DNA of 63,720 nucleotides, filler included, from Globobulimina sp. (GCA_003354225.1; 13 parts of 13 records of this genome joined end to end with filler, not necessarily neighbours in it), one strand, 5' to 3'; positions 44,891 to 58,068 are shown, counted from the whole stretch's first letter. Notes: generated by a model from the sequence alone, not told the origin. Numbers and translations: made by a program.

Positions 44891-47800
44891 ATGGGCAATC
44901 AGCAGGATAGTAAAAGCCAAAATGAAGAACAAAGGTTACAAATCTACCAAAGATTACTTATGATGGGTTTTAATGACGAAGATGCATGGAACTCTGCATC
45001 AAAATATCCAAAAAGTTTGCAAGCCGCCATTGATGATGCAATTAAACATCAACATCAACCACAAAATGAAAATCCAAACCAAATCGAAGAAAACAAAAGT
45101 GACAATGATCTTGATTCTGATTCAAAAATAAACGACACAGAATCTGAAGAGAAACAACCTGTCACCATCACCAACGACGAAACCAACGACAAAAACGAAA
45201 CTGATGAACTAATCCAAAAATTACAGCAACTAAAAGTATGTGGTTTCCTCCACTGTTCATCCTAGAAATACTGTCATTATTTCATCACAGGAACTGTACG
45301 AAATGCTCACTGAAATGGAAAATATGGAGCAGAAATATGATGAAACATTATTAAATTATGAAGGCTGTATATTCAATGTGAATGGAGACAAATATTGGGG
45401 CGTTATTAATGGATCAATGATAAATTTCTATTTCAAAAATGAAAAAGCTTATATTTGTTCGCCGCCGTATGATATGATTAACATTGCGAATTTTTCTAAC
45501 ATTAATTCATACGAACCAAATGTAGAAAATATACCATATATAATATTGTTATCAGGTGACAATGAACAAAGATGCTTTTATAGATTTGAACGCGAAGAAA
45601 ACAGAGATAAATGGTACAATGCATTGCGTGCTGTATTAATAAAATATAAACGGAATCAAGACACAAACAATGAATCTAAAACAAAAGAAATAAGCACAGA
45701 CATAATGTATTCAGGAGAAGTGTTGTTGAATAAAAAAGAATTATTCCATATGGTGATAGTGAATAAAAGTGATACGTTGTGTTTATATAACACGCACTCA
45801 CAATTGCAACATGAGCCTGTTATGACTGTCAATTTAAATGAATATCAATGTGTATTGACATATAATCACAGAATCATTGAACCACTGACCAATGACAATA
45901 ATATGGAGCAAGTTGAAGATGAGAAAGAAAATTTAGCGCTGACTTGTATTTGCGGAAATAGTTTAATTAAAACTAAAACTATATCCACGACAATTTATTG
46001 TGATCATTGTTACAAAAACTGCGCTGAAAATGAAACTATTTATAAATGTTCCAAGCAGAGAATCAAAGCACATGCAGCCGGCTATGACATATGTTGTAAA
46101 TGTGCACATAACTCACGGTCACACAATAAAATGGAGCTAAATTCCGAACCCGTGATTTATAAATTGATGGAGTTAGGATATGCAATGGAAGATATATGCG
46201 CAGCTTTGGCGAAGTCGCAGGGAGACTTTGATGAGGCTCTAATGTTTTTAGTTTCAGTTTAGATATTTGTCATATATTTATATTGAGATTTGTGTGCGTT
46301 TTTGATCTGTATATAACAGAAAAAATCATTGTTTAAATATGGATTTATATTAAAGCAGGAATCTGACAAAGATGAACTGCTATTTTTGTTGAAAAAAAAT
46401 AATGAGAGACATGAGTGGGTCTCGCACATTGATTACATCATTGGACACAAAAAAAATAAAATAAAATTTGCGATACAATCATCCGTTTCTGTGATGGAAG
46501 AGGAGATTGATATAATTGCATCCGCTGAGAAAAGCATTTCAAACACAAATGATGGCAATGACTGCACTCAATACTCTGTGGAACAATCATTGGAGATAAT
46601 ATTAGCAATTCTGGATTTGTACGACCAATGGCGAGAAACTGATGATGTGAATAAAGATTCGCTGTCCACAACGTTGAGGAACATTTTCCACACAAATTAT
46701 TTGAATGTACTCAACCATTTCAATACGATTATTATTGGAGATGAAAAGGGTGACATTGTACATGAATATCGATGTGGTAATAATAAGAAATGTCGGTATA
46801 TCATAAGGCATATGCATCGACATCGAAATTCAAAGCAAAATAATGAATTAATTGCAAAGAAAAGTTGCATTTTGTCTCAGTTATTGGATAAAATTCATTT
46901 TTATATTTATCATTCGACTGAAAAAATTGTCCGAGACAACATCGCTGATAAATATGTCGTCGATAAAGCGGAGGATGAAACGAAGCAGAACGAGGATATT
47001 AAAATTGACCATGAACAGAAAAAGGAAAATGAAGACGCAGTGTTTGCATTCGGTGAACTTTTTGTTTATTATGAATCGTCGAAAGGTTGTGCTAATTATA
47101 TTATTCCACAATATCCGGCATTGAAAGAAGAATTAATTTCAAATCCATACTATAAATTGAGTGAGACGCAATATTATGAGATATATAAACAAGCATTGCA
47201 CATAAAAAAAACTGAATATTTTAAGACTGTCAAAGCTAAAAAGATTGGAGATTTAAACGAAAAAGCATCAATTGCTGAAAATGACTATTTATCTATCAAT
47301 CATATAATATCTTTGTTAATATATTGCAATGAAAGTGAAATACAGAAGTTATATAAACAAAATACCAGAAAAATAAACAAAACAGAAACATTGCGGGATG
47401 TATATGACCGCCAGGCATACATTGCTCATTGGACTCGGTATAAAACTCTATTTTATTGTGTTTAAATTCGATGTTGTTTTATATATAAATTTAATCAGAT
47501 ATTTAGAAGAAGCGTGTTTGTTTTATGGCAAACCTTTAAAAATAAATGAATATGTTTATTGCGGTATTGATAGGAAATTGGTGTTTGACTCATTTACTTT
47601 TACAAATCATGCACCTTTATCGACCACACCATCATTAATTGTCGCGGATCAATTTTCTAAAAAGAAAGGTATAATATTAACATTACAGAGCGATACATCG
47701 GACCTTGGCAATGGACACTTACTTTGTCAATATTTTGATATGATGCTATTCTCGGATTACACTCAAGAAAGAGAGAAATTCTTTTGTGGAACGGCAAAAT

Positions 47801-48555
47801 TAAAAATCATTGATATTGTTATTGAAGGAAACAGCAACAAACATATTATTTCTGCACTTAAATTATTACAATTGTTGTTGAATGGTTCTCTTTTTTATTA
47901 TGATTGGAATAAATATTCATTTGCCGCTAAAATACAAAATATTTTAATTCAATTATTAAATAATTATGTAACAAATAAGAAAAAGAAAGAATATTTTCAA
48001 AGATCAACAGCAGCGCTGATCAATTCATTTGTAAATAGGAGTGTTGACAATGATCCATTTTATCGCAAAATGTTGTTTGTAAACGTTTCACAAATAAATA
48101 AATTGAATAAACATTTATCAAAATATTTTATGTCAAAACCCATTTTATTTTCGTTAGAACAGTTTAATAATATAAAAATAACTCATATTGCAAATATTTT
48201 GGAGGTTCATATTAAAGGTAAGCAATGGGAGAAAATAAAAGCAATGCAATGTCATAAAGACGGAGAGATTAAAATTGCAGATTATAATCAATTTGAATTT
48301 TTCTTACAAAAACAAGAGAAAAACGATAAAGAAACATTTTGGATGCTTATTAAATTGAAATCAAATAAGGATTTATCCACAGCAATATTATGGGATATTG
48401 TATGCAAACAAACACAATATCAAAAAATCCAGATTCATGCCGTGTTATCAAAAAGTAATGGTTATTCAGATTGGGAACAAGTGCTTTGTGTATCGGACAT
48501 GCGTCGGTTGCATTGTCTTACATTGAATTTAAATGTTAGAGTGGTCGATATCTAA
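44891..48555 (+). CDS. ~1160-aa UBA-PH-split PH(Zn finger+UBA)-ADP-ribosyltransferase-like protein
   Basis: Introns 45236-45290, 46257-46319 and 47438-47498 are all frame-consistent. MGNQQDS start. UBA motifs LLMMGF and LMELGY..ICAAL..SQGDFDEALMFL. PH helices RDKWYNAL and RHEWVSHI. ART-like VYCG..PLSTT....VA..F...GIIL.L..YFD...SDY..ERE.FF. Confidence 0.78.
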
Positions 48556-48652
48556 TCAATGTTTCTATTTATTTGTGTTTGTGAATATATATAATTTTAT
48601 GGTCAAATCCGAACTGAACCAAGGGTCATATATGAAAATTAACTGAAAAGCC

Positions 48653-49018
48653 ATGAGTAACCTCAGAACGACAACAGAATTGACAACAAGCGGTGCGATT
48701 GTTAATAGAGAAGAAGTCAAAGAGCAGTCATCAAATGCAACTCCAGATGTCAACATTCCAACAAAAATTGATTTACGAAATCAAATGCGTGAAATGAGTG
48801 AGAAAGATACATATGATCGTAATTATCGATTATTTATAATGTTACCATTCACGATGGCAATGTTTTGGTCATACTTCGTATCAGTTATATATTTAAAATT
48901 AGCACTTATTATTTGTGCTGTGTTTCTTGTTTTGCTTGTATGGAAGGCTCTGAAATTTATAATAGACCTTTGGAATTTATCCGGTCGAATTCGCCTTGAG
49001 TTCGAGTGCTTGGAGCCT
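48653..49018 (+). CDS. Hypothetical membrane protein, 3'-truncated
   Basis: ATG start and two hydrophobic segments. Open to the contig end. Confidence 0.45.
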
Positions 49019-49118
49019 NNNNNNNNNNNNNNNNNNNNNNNNNNNNNNNNNNNNNNNNNNNNTTAATTAATTAANNNNNNNNNNNNNNNNNNNNNNNNNN
49101 NNNNNNNNNNNNNNNNNN
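49019..49118. other. Artificial contig linker
   Basis: N44-TTAATTAATTAA-N44. Confidence 0.98.
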
Positions 49119-49795
49119 ATGTTGACTTATCTGGGAAGCCTCTTGAGCCAGCTGTTCGGTAAACGCTCGGTCGGAATCATTTAGAATGCTTTCAATGCTT
49201 TTAAGAGAAATCATTTAAAAATCCAGTCCATGATAAAGATGCTACAGCTGCTTATACATCATGAAACAATGCAATATTACCCATTACAATGATTTATTTC
49301 GAATAAAAATCATCAGAGAATATTCTTGCCTCAGATTGTCTCAATTCTTCCATAATATATCCAGTCCATCATATGCATAGATTTCGTTTTTTTCAATTCT
49401 GATCGGTTAAGGGATATTATATAAATGCCTATCTTTTCTGAAATAATTTTTTTGACACTGTTTGTTTTGCAAATATTGTTTCTATGTGCAAATGTTTTAT
49501 TGTTGTAACACACTGTTTCTATGGCATATCGTGGATACCATCAAAGTCCGACTTTTTTTTTACAACATTTTTGTATATGGTATCATTGGGTATCATCATA
49601 TTTGCGCATCTCAAAGGTAATGATATAGAATAAATATAATAAGAAGCAATATTTATGTAAAGTTGTAATGTAAACAAAAAAGAATTTATATAAAATAAAA
49701 GATGATCTTTTAAAAAAATAACAAATCAATCACTCTCTACCAAAGAAAAAAAATAAAACAATACAAAAATTGGTGGATGAGGTGTGGTATATTAC

Positions 49796-52700
49796 TCATT
49801 GTGATTCATCATCATATTCATTGTAATCACTATCAACATTCGTTTGAGCGCCAAACCAGTCATCGTTATCATCATCTTCGTCTTCTTCTAAATGTTCTAA
49901 ATCAAGAAAATTGCTCGAAATGTCTTTCTTATTATTAGTATTATTATTATTTTTATTTTTATTCTCGTGGTTATTAATTGTATAATTTCTATTATTATTT
50001 GGATGTATTATATCTGCTGTTTTCATCACAATTGTACATGTTTTGTTATCTTTCAATCTCGGTTTCTTATTAATTTTATTATCAAATTGTATATGTTCGA
50101 ATGGATTTGTAGGCGGCAACGGTTGCATTAATCTTTTCCTTTCCAATCTGGAGCGTATCCAATGTTTTCGCAGTTCATTCTTCCAAATAAACGATCCATT
50201 CACAGTGTCAATGTCATAAATATGCCCGGAATCATCACTTTTCCTTTGAAATTTGCTGATTCTCTCACATTGAATCCCTAATAATTGATCTAAATAATAC
50301 CAAAACCATTTCTTAACTTCGTGGTTCTCCTTAGCCATTCTCTCCATAATCGGATGTATCCCAAATTCCACACTGCGCGTCTTCGTGCTGGCAATTGTGG
50401 CAACATTATCGTCCTGAGATTTGTGCGACTGATTAGATGGTGTATGCACTGAATGAGGGTTACTATTCGATGCTGATTCATTACCATCGCCATTGCCATT
50501 GCCATTGTTAATAATATTAGCCGTTTTTGGTGCCAATGTGGCTTCTGAATAGGAGCGAGCGCCAAATTCCTCCTCAATACTATTATTGTTTGATTCCTCG
50601 CTATTTAACGAGTTAAGCGATAGGAATTCTTTCCTTGTATCCAACATTGAAGAATGATTAATCAAACTCGCAGACTTTATTTCTTTCGGATTGCTATATA
50701 AAAAAAAGGAGTCGTCGTCCTTACTAAGTTCTAGTCGGCGTAGTTTATTTTTGAAATCAAATTTCTTATTTTCATGGTTATGCAGTTTATTATGCTTCGA
50801 GTCCAACGAATTTAAACTAAATGCTGACGATTTATGCACATCAATGCACGAAATGGAACGCGCCAAACCCACAATGTCTGACGGTTTCTTATCATTGCTC
50901 TTGCGCATATTGCTATTATTTGTTTTTATCTTCAATGAAAAGAATGAATTTGTTTTGTCATAATTATCCTCCGTCTCATTAATACGCGGCTTGTCCACAA
51001 TGTCATTGCCAGAAATAGTCTTAAATATAGTATGCTTATTACCATTCATTCTGACATTATCAGCTCTGTCATGCTCATCCCTCTCTTCCCTGTCATGGAT
51101 AGATGACGTTTTCTCCAAATATCGCAATTGCAACGGACTATGAATGGCATCACACTGCTCATTATCGGGTACATTGTCATACTCCAGGAACAATTGTGGT
51201 ATTTGTGTAAATTTCATATTCTTATCGGGTGTAAGCGACCTCGTTCCTTTTGGAGTGGCGGATTGTTGCGAGGCTGTAAGCGATGTGGCTCTGAACGTAT
51301 GGGTCGGCGTCCAATGTATATATCCAATATCACCATCATTCTCATTCTCATTCTTATCCTCTTTCTCCGCCGTATACGTCCGCGTCACAAACGGCTTTGG
51401 ATCCGGTGTTCTCGACATATTCGCGCCTAATGAGACCGAACTATTTAATATGCTCGGCGTGGCTGATAAATTTAAGCACATTGGCGGTAATAAACCATTA
51501 TTGCTGCTGTTCTTATTTAATTTGTTTAATATCTGATATTTGTTATTATTGCTTTTCATTCTCGCATTGGGCGGCGCCAACGACGATATATAACACATCT
51601 GATTGCCACTATTCTTCTTGCTAAATATCGGCGGTTTCAATGCTTTCCCTTTCTCAACAAACTTATGTATAATATGCCGTTTATCCACATCATTATTATT
51701 ATTATCCGACTTAGTTTCAGCATTAACGGCATTATACCGACTCTTGATACTTTTGTGTCGTTTCCTGAGTTTTATCCTATTGATCAAGTGCTTGTTTTGT
51801 CGGACTTTCTCGATCGACAATATCTCCGCTTGAATCATTAGCTCCTCCAAAATGGATTTCGTGTCGAAGTCCGGGCGCGCTATGATGCTGCCGATCTGGT
51901 TCAAGGTCAAGCCCATATTGGTGCATTTCACCAGCACCAGATGCGAAATACGCATATTTTCAAAAGTAATGGCTGGGAAATTCAACTCAGAGGACAGTTT
52001 GGCGATATCTCCATAGATATCAATGTTGTTTATATATTCAATGGTGTAGGGATCAAAAGGTTGTTTGGATTGCTTCCAATTGAGCCAGACCCAGGAATCG
52101 CGTGTAATTTCTATCTTTTCTGGCAATGACAAGCCGTGGTCGATCGGTATCAGTTCATATCTACCAAACTCATCGCGAGACACTAACACATTGCCGCTGT
52201 TACGGTCGCAATTTAAGAGCCGGATATCTAAGATACCGATTTTATGCACTTCCCGAATGGCAAAGTTTTTCACTCCGAAGTTTTCAATGACTTCGCCATG
52301 AATGAACTTTTGCAAAGCGCCAATTTTGCGTTTTATAGCTTGATTATAGCCGTTGTTTGGTGAGTTATTGTTGTAATGGAAGGCATTGAAGGCGCATTCG
52401 ATCCGCATGGTAGGTGGCACGGCGTGGAAACGGTCGTTGTCCAATAAGTAGGCGGCAATTTCACGTAAGTGTCCCTCGCCGGGCTTGATACCGCAATGCA
52501 TTCCTTGCTGTGGGTCAGTACGACCGCGAGGGTTATTTGAACAGCCCGCTTCTTCGTCGGCTGGTTTGAAACAGGCTGTTTTTTTGTTGTTTTTATCGCT
52601 CAAAAAATAGGTACCACCTTCGCCATCGGTGGATAATATTGGCTCTAAATCAGAATAATAGCCTTGGATACAGTTATTGATTAATAGTTTGTTGTTGTTG

Positions 52701-53155
52701 TCAGATATGCAATATCCATAGGATACGATTGGCAAATCATAGGATGCTATGTCGCATTGTAAGTATATGGTGGATTTATGAGTGATTTTGAGTTTGGATA
52801 AGGTCGGCGAGGATAATTTATGTTTGTGTTTGTGTTTATTGTATGCAGTGATTTCTTGCCCTCGAAAAAATAATCGTTGGTTTTCTGGTGGGATTTCTAT
52901 TTATTTTTTATCCTTGCGCAGACATAGCGATTTGAGTGGGATTTGGACTTAACGAGTTTGTTGGAAAATGTATTGCGTAATTTGTTGGATGTCATTCCAA
53001 GGAAACATTTTAAAATGTTGTGGGAATACACAAGTGCTATTATTGTTATTGTTTGGTTGTTTTTTTTGATATTGCGAATAATTTAAACGTAATGATTCAT
53101 CCACTTCGAGTTTAATTACCATCCTTAAAGCTTCTGAGGAAGACATTGAGAGCAT
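49796..53155 (-). CDS. Type II phosphatidylinositol 4-kinase gamma-like protein with N-terminal ubiquitin-like domain
   Basis: Intron 52897-52953 gives QTQIPPENQRLFFRGQEI (UBL). Kinase motifs GEGGTYF, FKPADEE, REIAAYLLD, VHKIGILDIRLLNCDRNSGN and PIDHG. Confidence 0.9.
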
Positions 53156-53411
53156 TGCGAGTTATTGGTGGTGTTTGTGTTGTTGTCTGTTGTTGGTGTT
53201 GCTGTATTTAGTGTTGATGGGTTTGAATTGGTTTCTTACGTCGTTTTACTTGTAAATTATTAGATAATATTTTTAGAAAATGCATCACATTGATATCTTG
53301 TGATCAGTGTTGACTGTCAAACATTATTGACCAAGCACGAAAGGATTAAACACACGATAGAAAGTAGAAAAATGTCATTGAAAAAGAGAAAAAAAAACTT
53401 TAGCTCTGACA

Positions 53412-53685
53412 ATGTCTCAGTCTCACTCGTCCTCCTCAGACAATTGCGACAAATGTGCAATGAACACGTTAGAAATGACTCGGCTGCAAAACAAATTAAA
53501 AGAACTTGAGCTATGTTATAATTCATTAGCAAATGCATATGACGACAAGTGCGCACAATTAAGCGAATTGCAAGAGTCTTTAAATCAATTAACTGCAATA
53601 TTTTCAATCGCCTCTACAGAGCAAACAGAGCATACAGAGGATACGGAGCATTCCGCGGATACAGAACGTAAAGAGCAATTAGAGC
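53412..53685 (+). CDS. Eukaryotic coiled-coil protein 5' fragment, interrupted by bacterial sequence
   Basis: MSQSHSSSS..C..C plus heptad repeats. Runs into the antisense slyD-like fragment at about 53686. Confidence 0.45.
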
Positions 53686-53898
53686 ATCACCATACGCATC
53701 GCCAGCTTCAATATTAATAGTCGTTTTATCGCCAACAGACATACCAATCACTGCATTTTCAAAACCTTTTATCAACTGTCCTTTACCTATTGTAAATTCC
53801 AGCGGTTCACGTTCTCTGGAGGTATCAAATACCATGCCGTCACTTAGCGTTCCTGTATAATGCACCTTTACAGTACAGTCGGCCTCGGCTGATTTCAT
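53686..53898 (-). CDS. slyD: Bacterial FKBP-type peptidyl-prolyl isomerase (SlyD/SlpA-like), N-terminal 70 aa only
   Basis: VKVHYTGTLSDGMVFDTS..REPLEFTIGKGQLIKGFENAVIGMSVGDKTTINI....AYG. Similarity stops abruptly after AYGD. Confidence 0.85.
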
Positions 53899-53905
53899 AA
53901 CTAAT

Positions 53906-53911
53906 CTCCCT
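53906..53911 (-). promoter_or_regulatory. Shine-Dalgarno site of the slyD-like gene
   Basis: AGGGAG located 7 nt upstream of the ATG at 53898. Confidence 0.65.
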
Positions 53912-53924
53912 ATTCTTAATGCCG

Positions 53925-54024
53925 NNNNNNNNNNNNNNNNNNNNNNNNNNNNNNNNNNNNNNNNNNNNTTAATTAATTAANNNNNNNNNNNNNNNNNNNN
54001 NNNNNNNNNNNNNNNNNNNNNNNN
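53925..54024. other. Artificial contig linker
   Basis: N44-TTAATTAATTAA-N44. Confidence 0.98.
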
Positions 54025-54716
54025 CGTAATCTCGATGGCTCATTTCCTATGCATCGGTCAGCAGTATGTGCCTTAATAAGTGGCGGTGTCGGCCAATTTA
54101 TAGCATCACCAACAGATTTTGTAAAGGTACAAATGCAGGTTGAAGGATTAAGACTTATTATGGGCAAACAAAGAGTGTATAAAAACACATTGCATTGTTT
54201 TATAACATTATATCGTCAATATGGCTTTTTTGGTTTATGGAATGGTGTAAAAAGTAGAAACGTTTGCAATTGAGAAATAACTGATAATCCGACAAACAAT
54301 TTAATTATTTATTTCTCAAAACGTTTTTACTTTTTACAGGTTGTATACCAAATGTACAACGAGGCGCACTTATTCAAATTGGAGATTTATGTGCTTATGA
54401 TACTGCAAAACACGCTATATTAAAACATAGGAATATCGACGATAATTGGATATTGCATGGTATATCGTCAACCATTGCAGGATTAGTATCAACTATAATG
54501 TGCAACCCGTGCGATGTCGTTAAAACGAGAATGATGAACAATCCGAATGAATTTAGAGGCACATTTCATTGTTTTACCTTCATAATTACACATGAAAGAC
54601 CTATTAATTTATATAAAGGATTTTTCCCAATCTGGGCGAGGTTGGGGCCCTGGTCAGTCATTTTTTTTCTAACTTTTGAAAAATTACGAAACGTATCAGG
54701 ATTGAAGTCATTTTGA
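54025..54716 (+). CDS. Mitochondrial carrier, UCP4/SLC25A27-like, 5'-truncated
   Basis: Signature motifs PTDFVKVQMQ and PCDVVKTRMM. Intron 54245-54339 gives LWNGCIPNVQRGAL. C-terminal YKGFFPIWARLGPWSVIFFLTFEKLR. Confidence 0.88.
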
Positions 54717-54874
54717 ATACTCAGTCGTTATTCAGTTAAACTACGTAGTTGGATGTTAAAACCAAAAACTTTGTGTATCTTTTTTCACTATTTTCTTCTC
54801 GTTACAGCATAGAAGCTAAGAAGCAGCTGCTTGTTTTACGTCATAATTTAAACTCTAATTATAGCACTAAACGA

Positions 54875-55422
54875 ATGTCTCAATCAGAGAACCCATCAAG
54901 TAATCAAACATCTCAATCTTCAGTTAAGCACTTATTTATTTTTTATTTATGTGTGGGAATAAATGAAATAATGTATAGTTACCACCGCCATGTGCTGGAG
55001 GCTGTGGGTTTTATGGAAGCAAAGATCTAAAGAATTGTTGTTCATTATGTTTTAAAAAAATGTATCCCGACGAAGCTAATAACACAAATAATAAAAGCAA
55101 CAATAATAATAATAATAGCACTAAAAATAAATTAAATAAAAATAGCGAATCAAAAGAAGATGAAAATAATGCGGTAAAAAAAAAAGAATTGGAATCAAAA
55201 CCAAAAAAAAAAGTACAAAAGAAAAAGAACCGATGTTGGAGTTGTCGTAAAAAAGTAACATTGGCCGGACAGTTTGAGTGCAAATGCGGTTATGTTTATT
55301 GTGCGATGCATAGATATCCCGATGCCCATCAATGCGACTTCGATCATAAACAAATGCACAAAGATCAACTGGCCAAAGACAATCAATCTGTCATTACGGC
55401 TAAAATACCGGATAAAATATAA
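54875..55422 (+). CDS. A20/AN1 zinc-finger stress-associated protein (ZFAND5/6-like)
   Basis: Intron 54923-54978. A20 finger CAGGCGFYGS....CCSLCF. AN1 finger RCWSCRKKV....FECKCGYVYCAMHRYPDAHQC.FDHK. Confidence 0.92.
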
Positions 55423-56217
55423 TAAAATATCAATAAAAATCATTGTTTCAAGTCAAAATACACGAAATACGAAATACAAATACGTTTTGTTTTATTTTTT
55501 TTTTGTCATAACTTCCCGCAAATAATACAAATATCATTCTTTACACCCAAAAAATAAATTATTTTTTAAAATCAGTCAATTATTTATATGCTATTGACCT
55601 AATAAATACTTTTTGTTGTATTTAAAATGATAAACACAAACACAAATTGACATTGCAAATTACGCAGTTTCGCATCCAATAATGACCAATATTAATTTAT
55701 GATATGTTTGTAACTGTTTGTCATTATGGATTTTTTTTGAGAAAAGAAAGTATTTTATTTGAATTGTATCGTATCATTAGTATGCTAACATTTTGTGGAC
55801 TGAATTTTAGGTTATTTTTAATTTTTATTTTTTTGTATGTTTATCCACCATTATTTGTTGAGTGTTATTTTCCTAATTTTTTTGTTTTTTTTGTTGTATT
55901 TTGTTTTTTTGAGTGAAATCGTTTCAAACCAATATATATTATTTTGGTATTTCAATTTACAGTACTTGGTTATTTAAGGATAATTAAAAAATGAACATCA
56001 ACGTGATTCAAAGCCCCCCCCTTTTTTTTTCTCACTTTTTTTTATTTTGTCAATTTTTTTGTGTCTGTGTAAGTGTTTTATTTTACTGCTTCATTTTATT
56101 CTATTTTTCATGCAACTCAGCAACTGTATCCTTGCACAGCACAAAGTTTTCGTAGACTTTTCATTTAATTAATCTGCTGTTTTAAATAAACAATATTTAC
56201 AAATATTTATGTTATTG

Positions 56218-57954
56218 TTAATTATTCAACAATGTCGACATAATTAATTCAGAACCAAGATTCATTTCCGTTTTTATCACTGATTCTCTGCCATCTGCAT
56301 CTATCAAAGAAGGTACAGTACTTTTCGTTTCATCATTTGAGTGATTACTTGTATATTTATTATTTGCAACTAATAATAAGCCAATTCCAAATATATAAGC
56401 ATGGAAAAATAATCCCAATAACATTTCGTTACAAACAGCAAATGCGGCATACCATGTTCTGGGTTTTATGTGAAGCCCATTCCCGCAGAGAGTCATCATT
56501 GCAAAACTAAAATAAACAAATTTTATCCACATCCCAATATAAGTTTCTTCGCCGGTAACAAATGCTCCATGGTCCCATTGTTTATTGTCATGGTTTGATG
56601 CTTGTAAATCCACATAAATGCCGGTAAAGATAAGCATTGTTGAGAGGTATGTTTGGCATAAAAAACTTAACCGTAACTCTGTCATATGTCCACGGTGTAA
56701 AAACTTTAAACTTGTCATTAAAACAACAAGTATGTTAAACAAATCAAATACAATAAATATGCACGAATGTAACAAATAATGTTTATCTGCAAAATGCGAA
56801 TCTGTTGTGATCCATTCCAATATGTTTTTTGTTACTTGTATTATGATTATGATAAATAATAAATATCTTCGAGTGGTTCTTCTAAATGCAATAATTTTGT
56901 CATTGTGAGTCAATAAATACCACCAATTGTGTGGTACTAAATTATCATAATCGGAACGCATTTTATTCATATTATTTAATATTTGATTGTGTCGTTGTTC
57001 AATATCTTCCCCTAAACGAGAGATACCAATACTTATTATAATAATATTAAAGAAAATACCAAATAACATTTGTAACATAGCTAAGATCATTGTTGTCGGC
57101 GATTTGGGAATGATTTCACAGACACCACATAATGTCTGTTGTGAACAACTTAAATACAAAAATGCAATAATTCTTTCCATAAAATTACAACCTGCAAATT
57201 GTGTTGATTCTAAATTAAAGGCATCAAAATGAGTTAAAGTACCTCGATCAGTATCAGTATGATAAAAATATGCCGTCGAATAAATACCAGTAAAAATTAG
57301 AATCGATGTTAAATATAGTTGTACAATGTGGAAGAAATGTAAATCCCATAGTTTTTTAAACGAAACTAATATTAATTGAATCAGAACAGCCAACTGCAAA
57401 AACCACATTATACCAAGTAATATTTGTGTAAATAATCGCAATTTTCTCTTTCTATTTTTATCCAGAATCATTTCAACTGAGCCCATTATTGATATTGCTA
57501 GGAATTGGATGGCAATGGATATAGATATTAATTGCCAAATCTTTGGCTTATATTTTAAACATGGAATACAATAACATCTCATTCGAGCATCTCGTTTATG
57601 TTTTTTCTCTCTTTTTGATATTGCAATTGGACTCTTATTATTATGATCTTCGTCGTCTTCAATTAAACCTCTTTGTAAATCATCATCAAATAAATTTATG
57701 TTTGCAGGATCAATAGAAAAAATTTTATGGTGATGAGCAAATGTTAGGTTATTTTTATTTTTTATTGATTTTGAAGTTAAAGCTTTTTCAACTTCGTCAA
57801 CAAATTCCCAATTATTTTCTTTTTGTAATTCCTTATGATTTTCATATTGCGCAAAATTACAGCATTTACATTTGCAACAACAGCAACATTTTCGCATAAA
57901 TGCATTCCATGTATCAATTATTGTCGGTTCCGAATCATCAAAAGCCATCACATC

Positions 57955-57986
<32 letters not shown>

Positions 57987-58068
57987 CAATGAGGTCTGTC
58001 GATGGCAAATCGATATCACTGGAATATTGCAATTCGTCATTTAATGATGGTGGTTCATAACTTGCCAT
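56218..58068 (-). CDS. Tandem two-pore K-channel-like membrane protein with non-canonical filters
   Basis: Two repeats of YL..ILIFTGIY - (F/V)Y(L/F)S....TLCG...I.P - LQMLFG/NEMLLG (TM, pore helix, TM). ATG at 58068. Confidence 0.75.
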
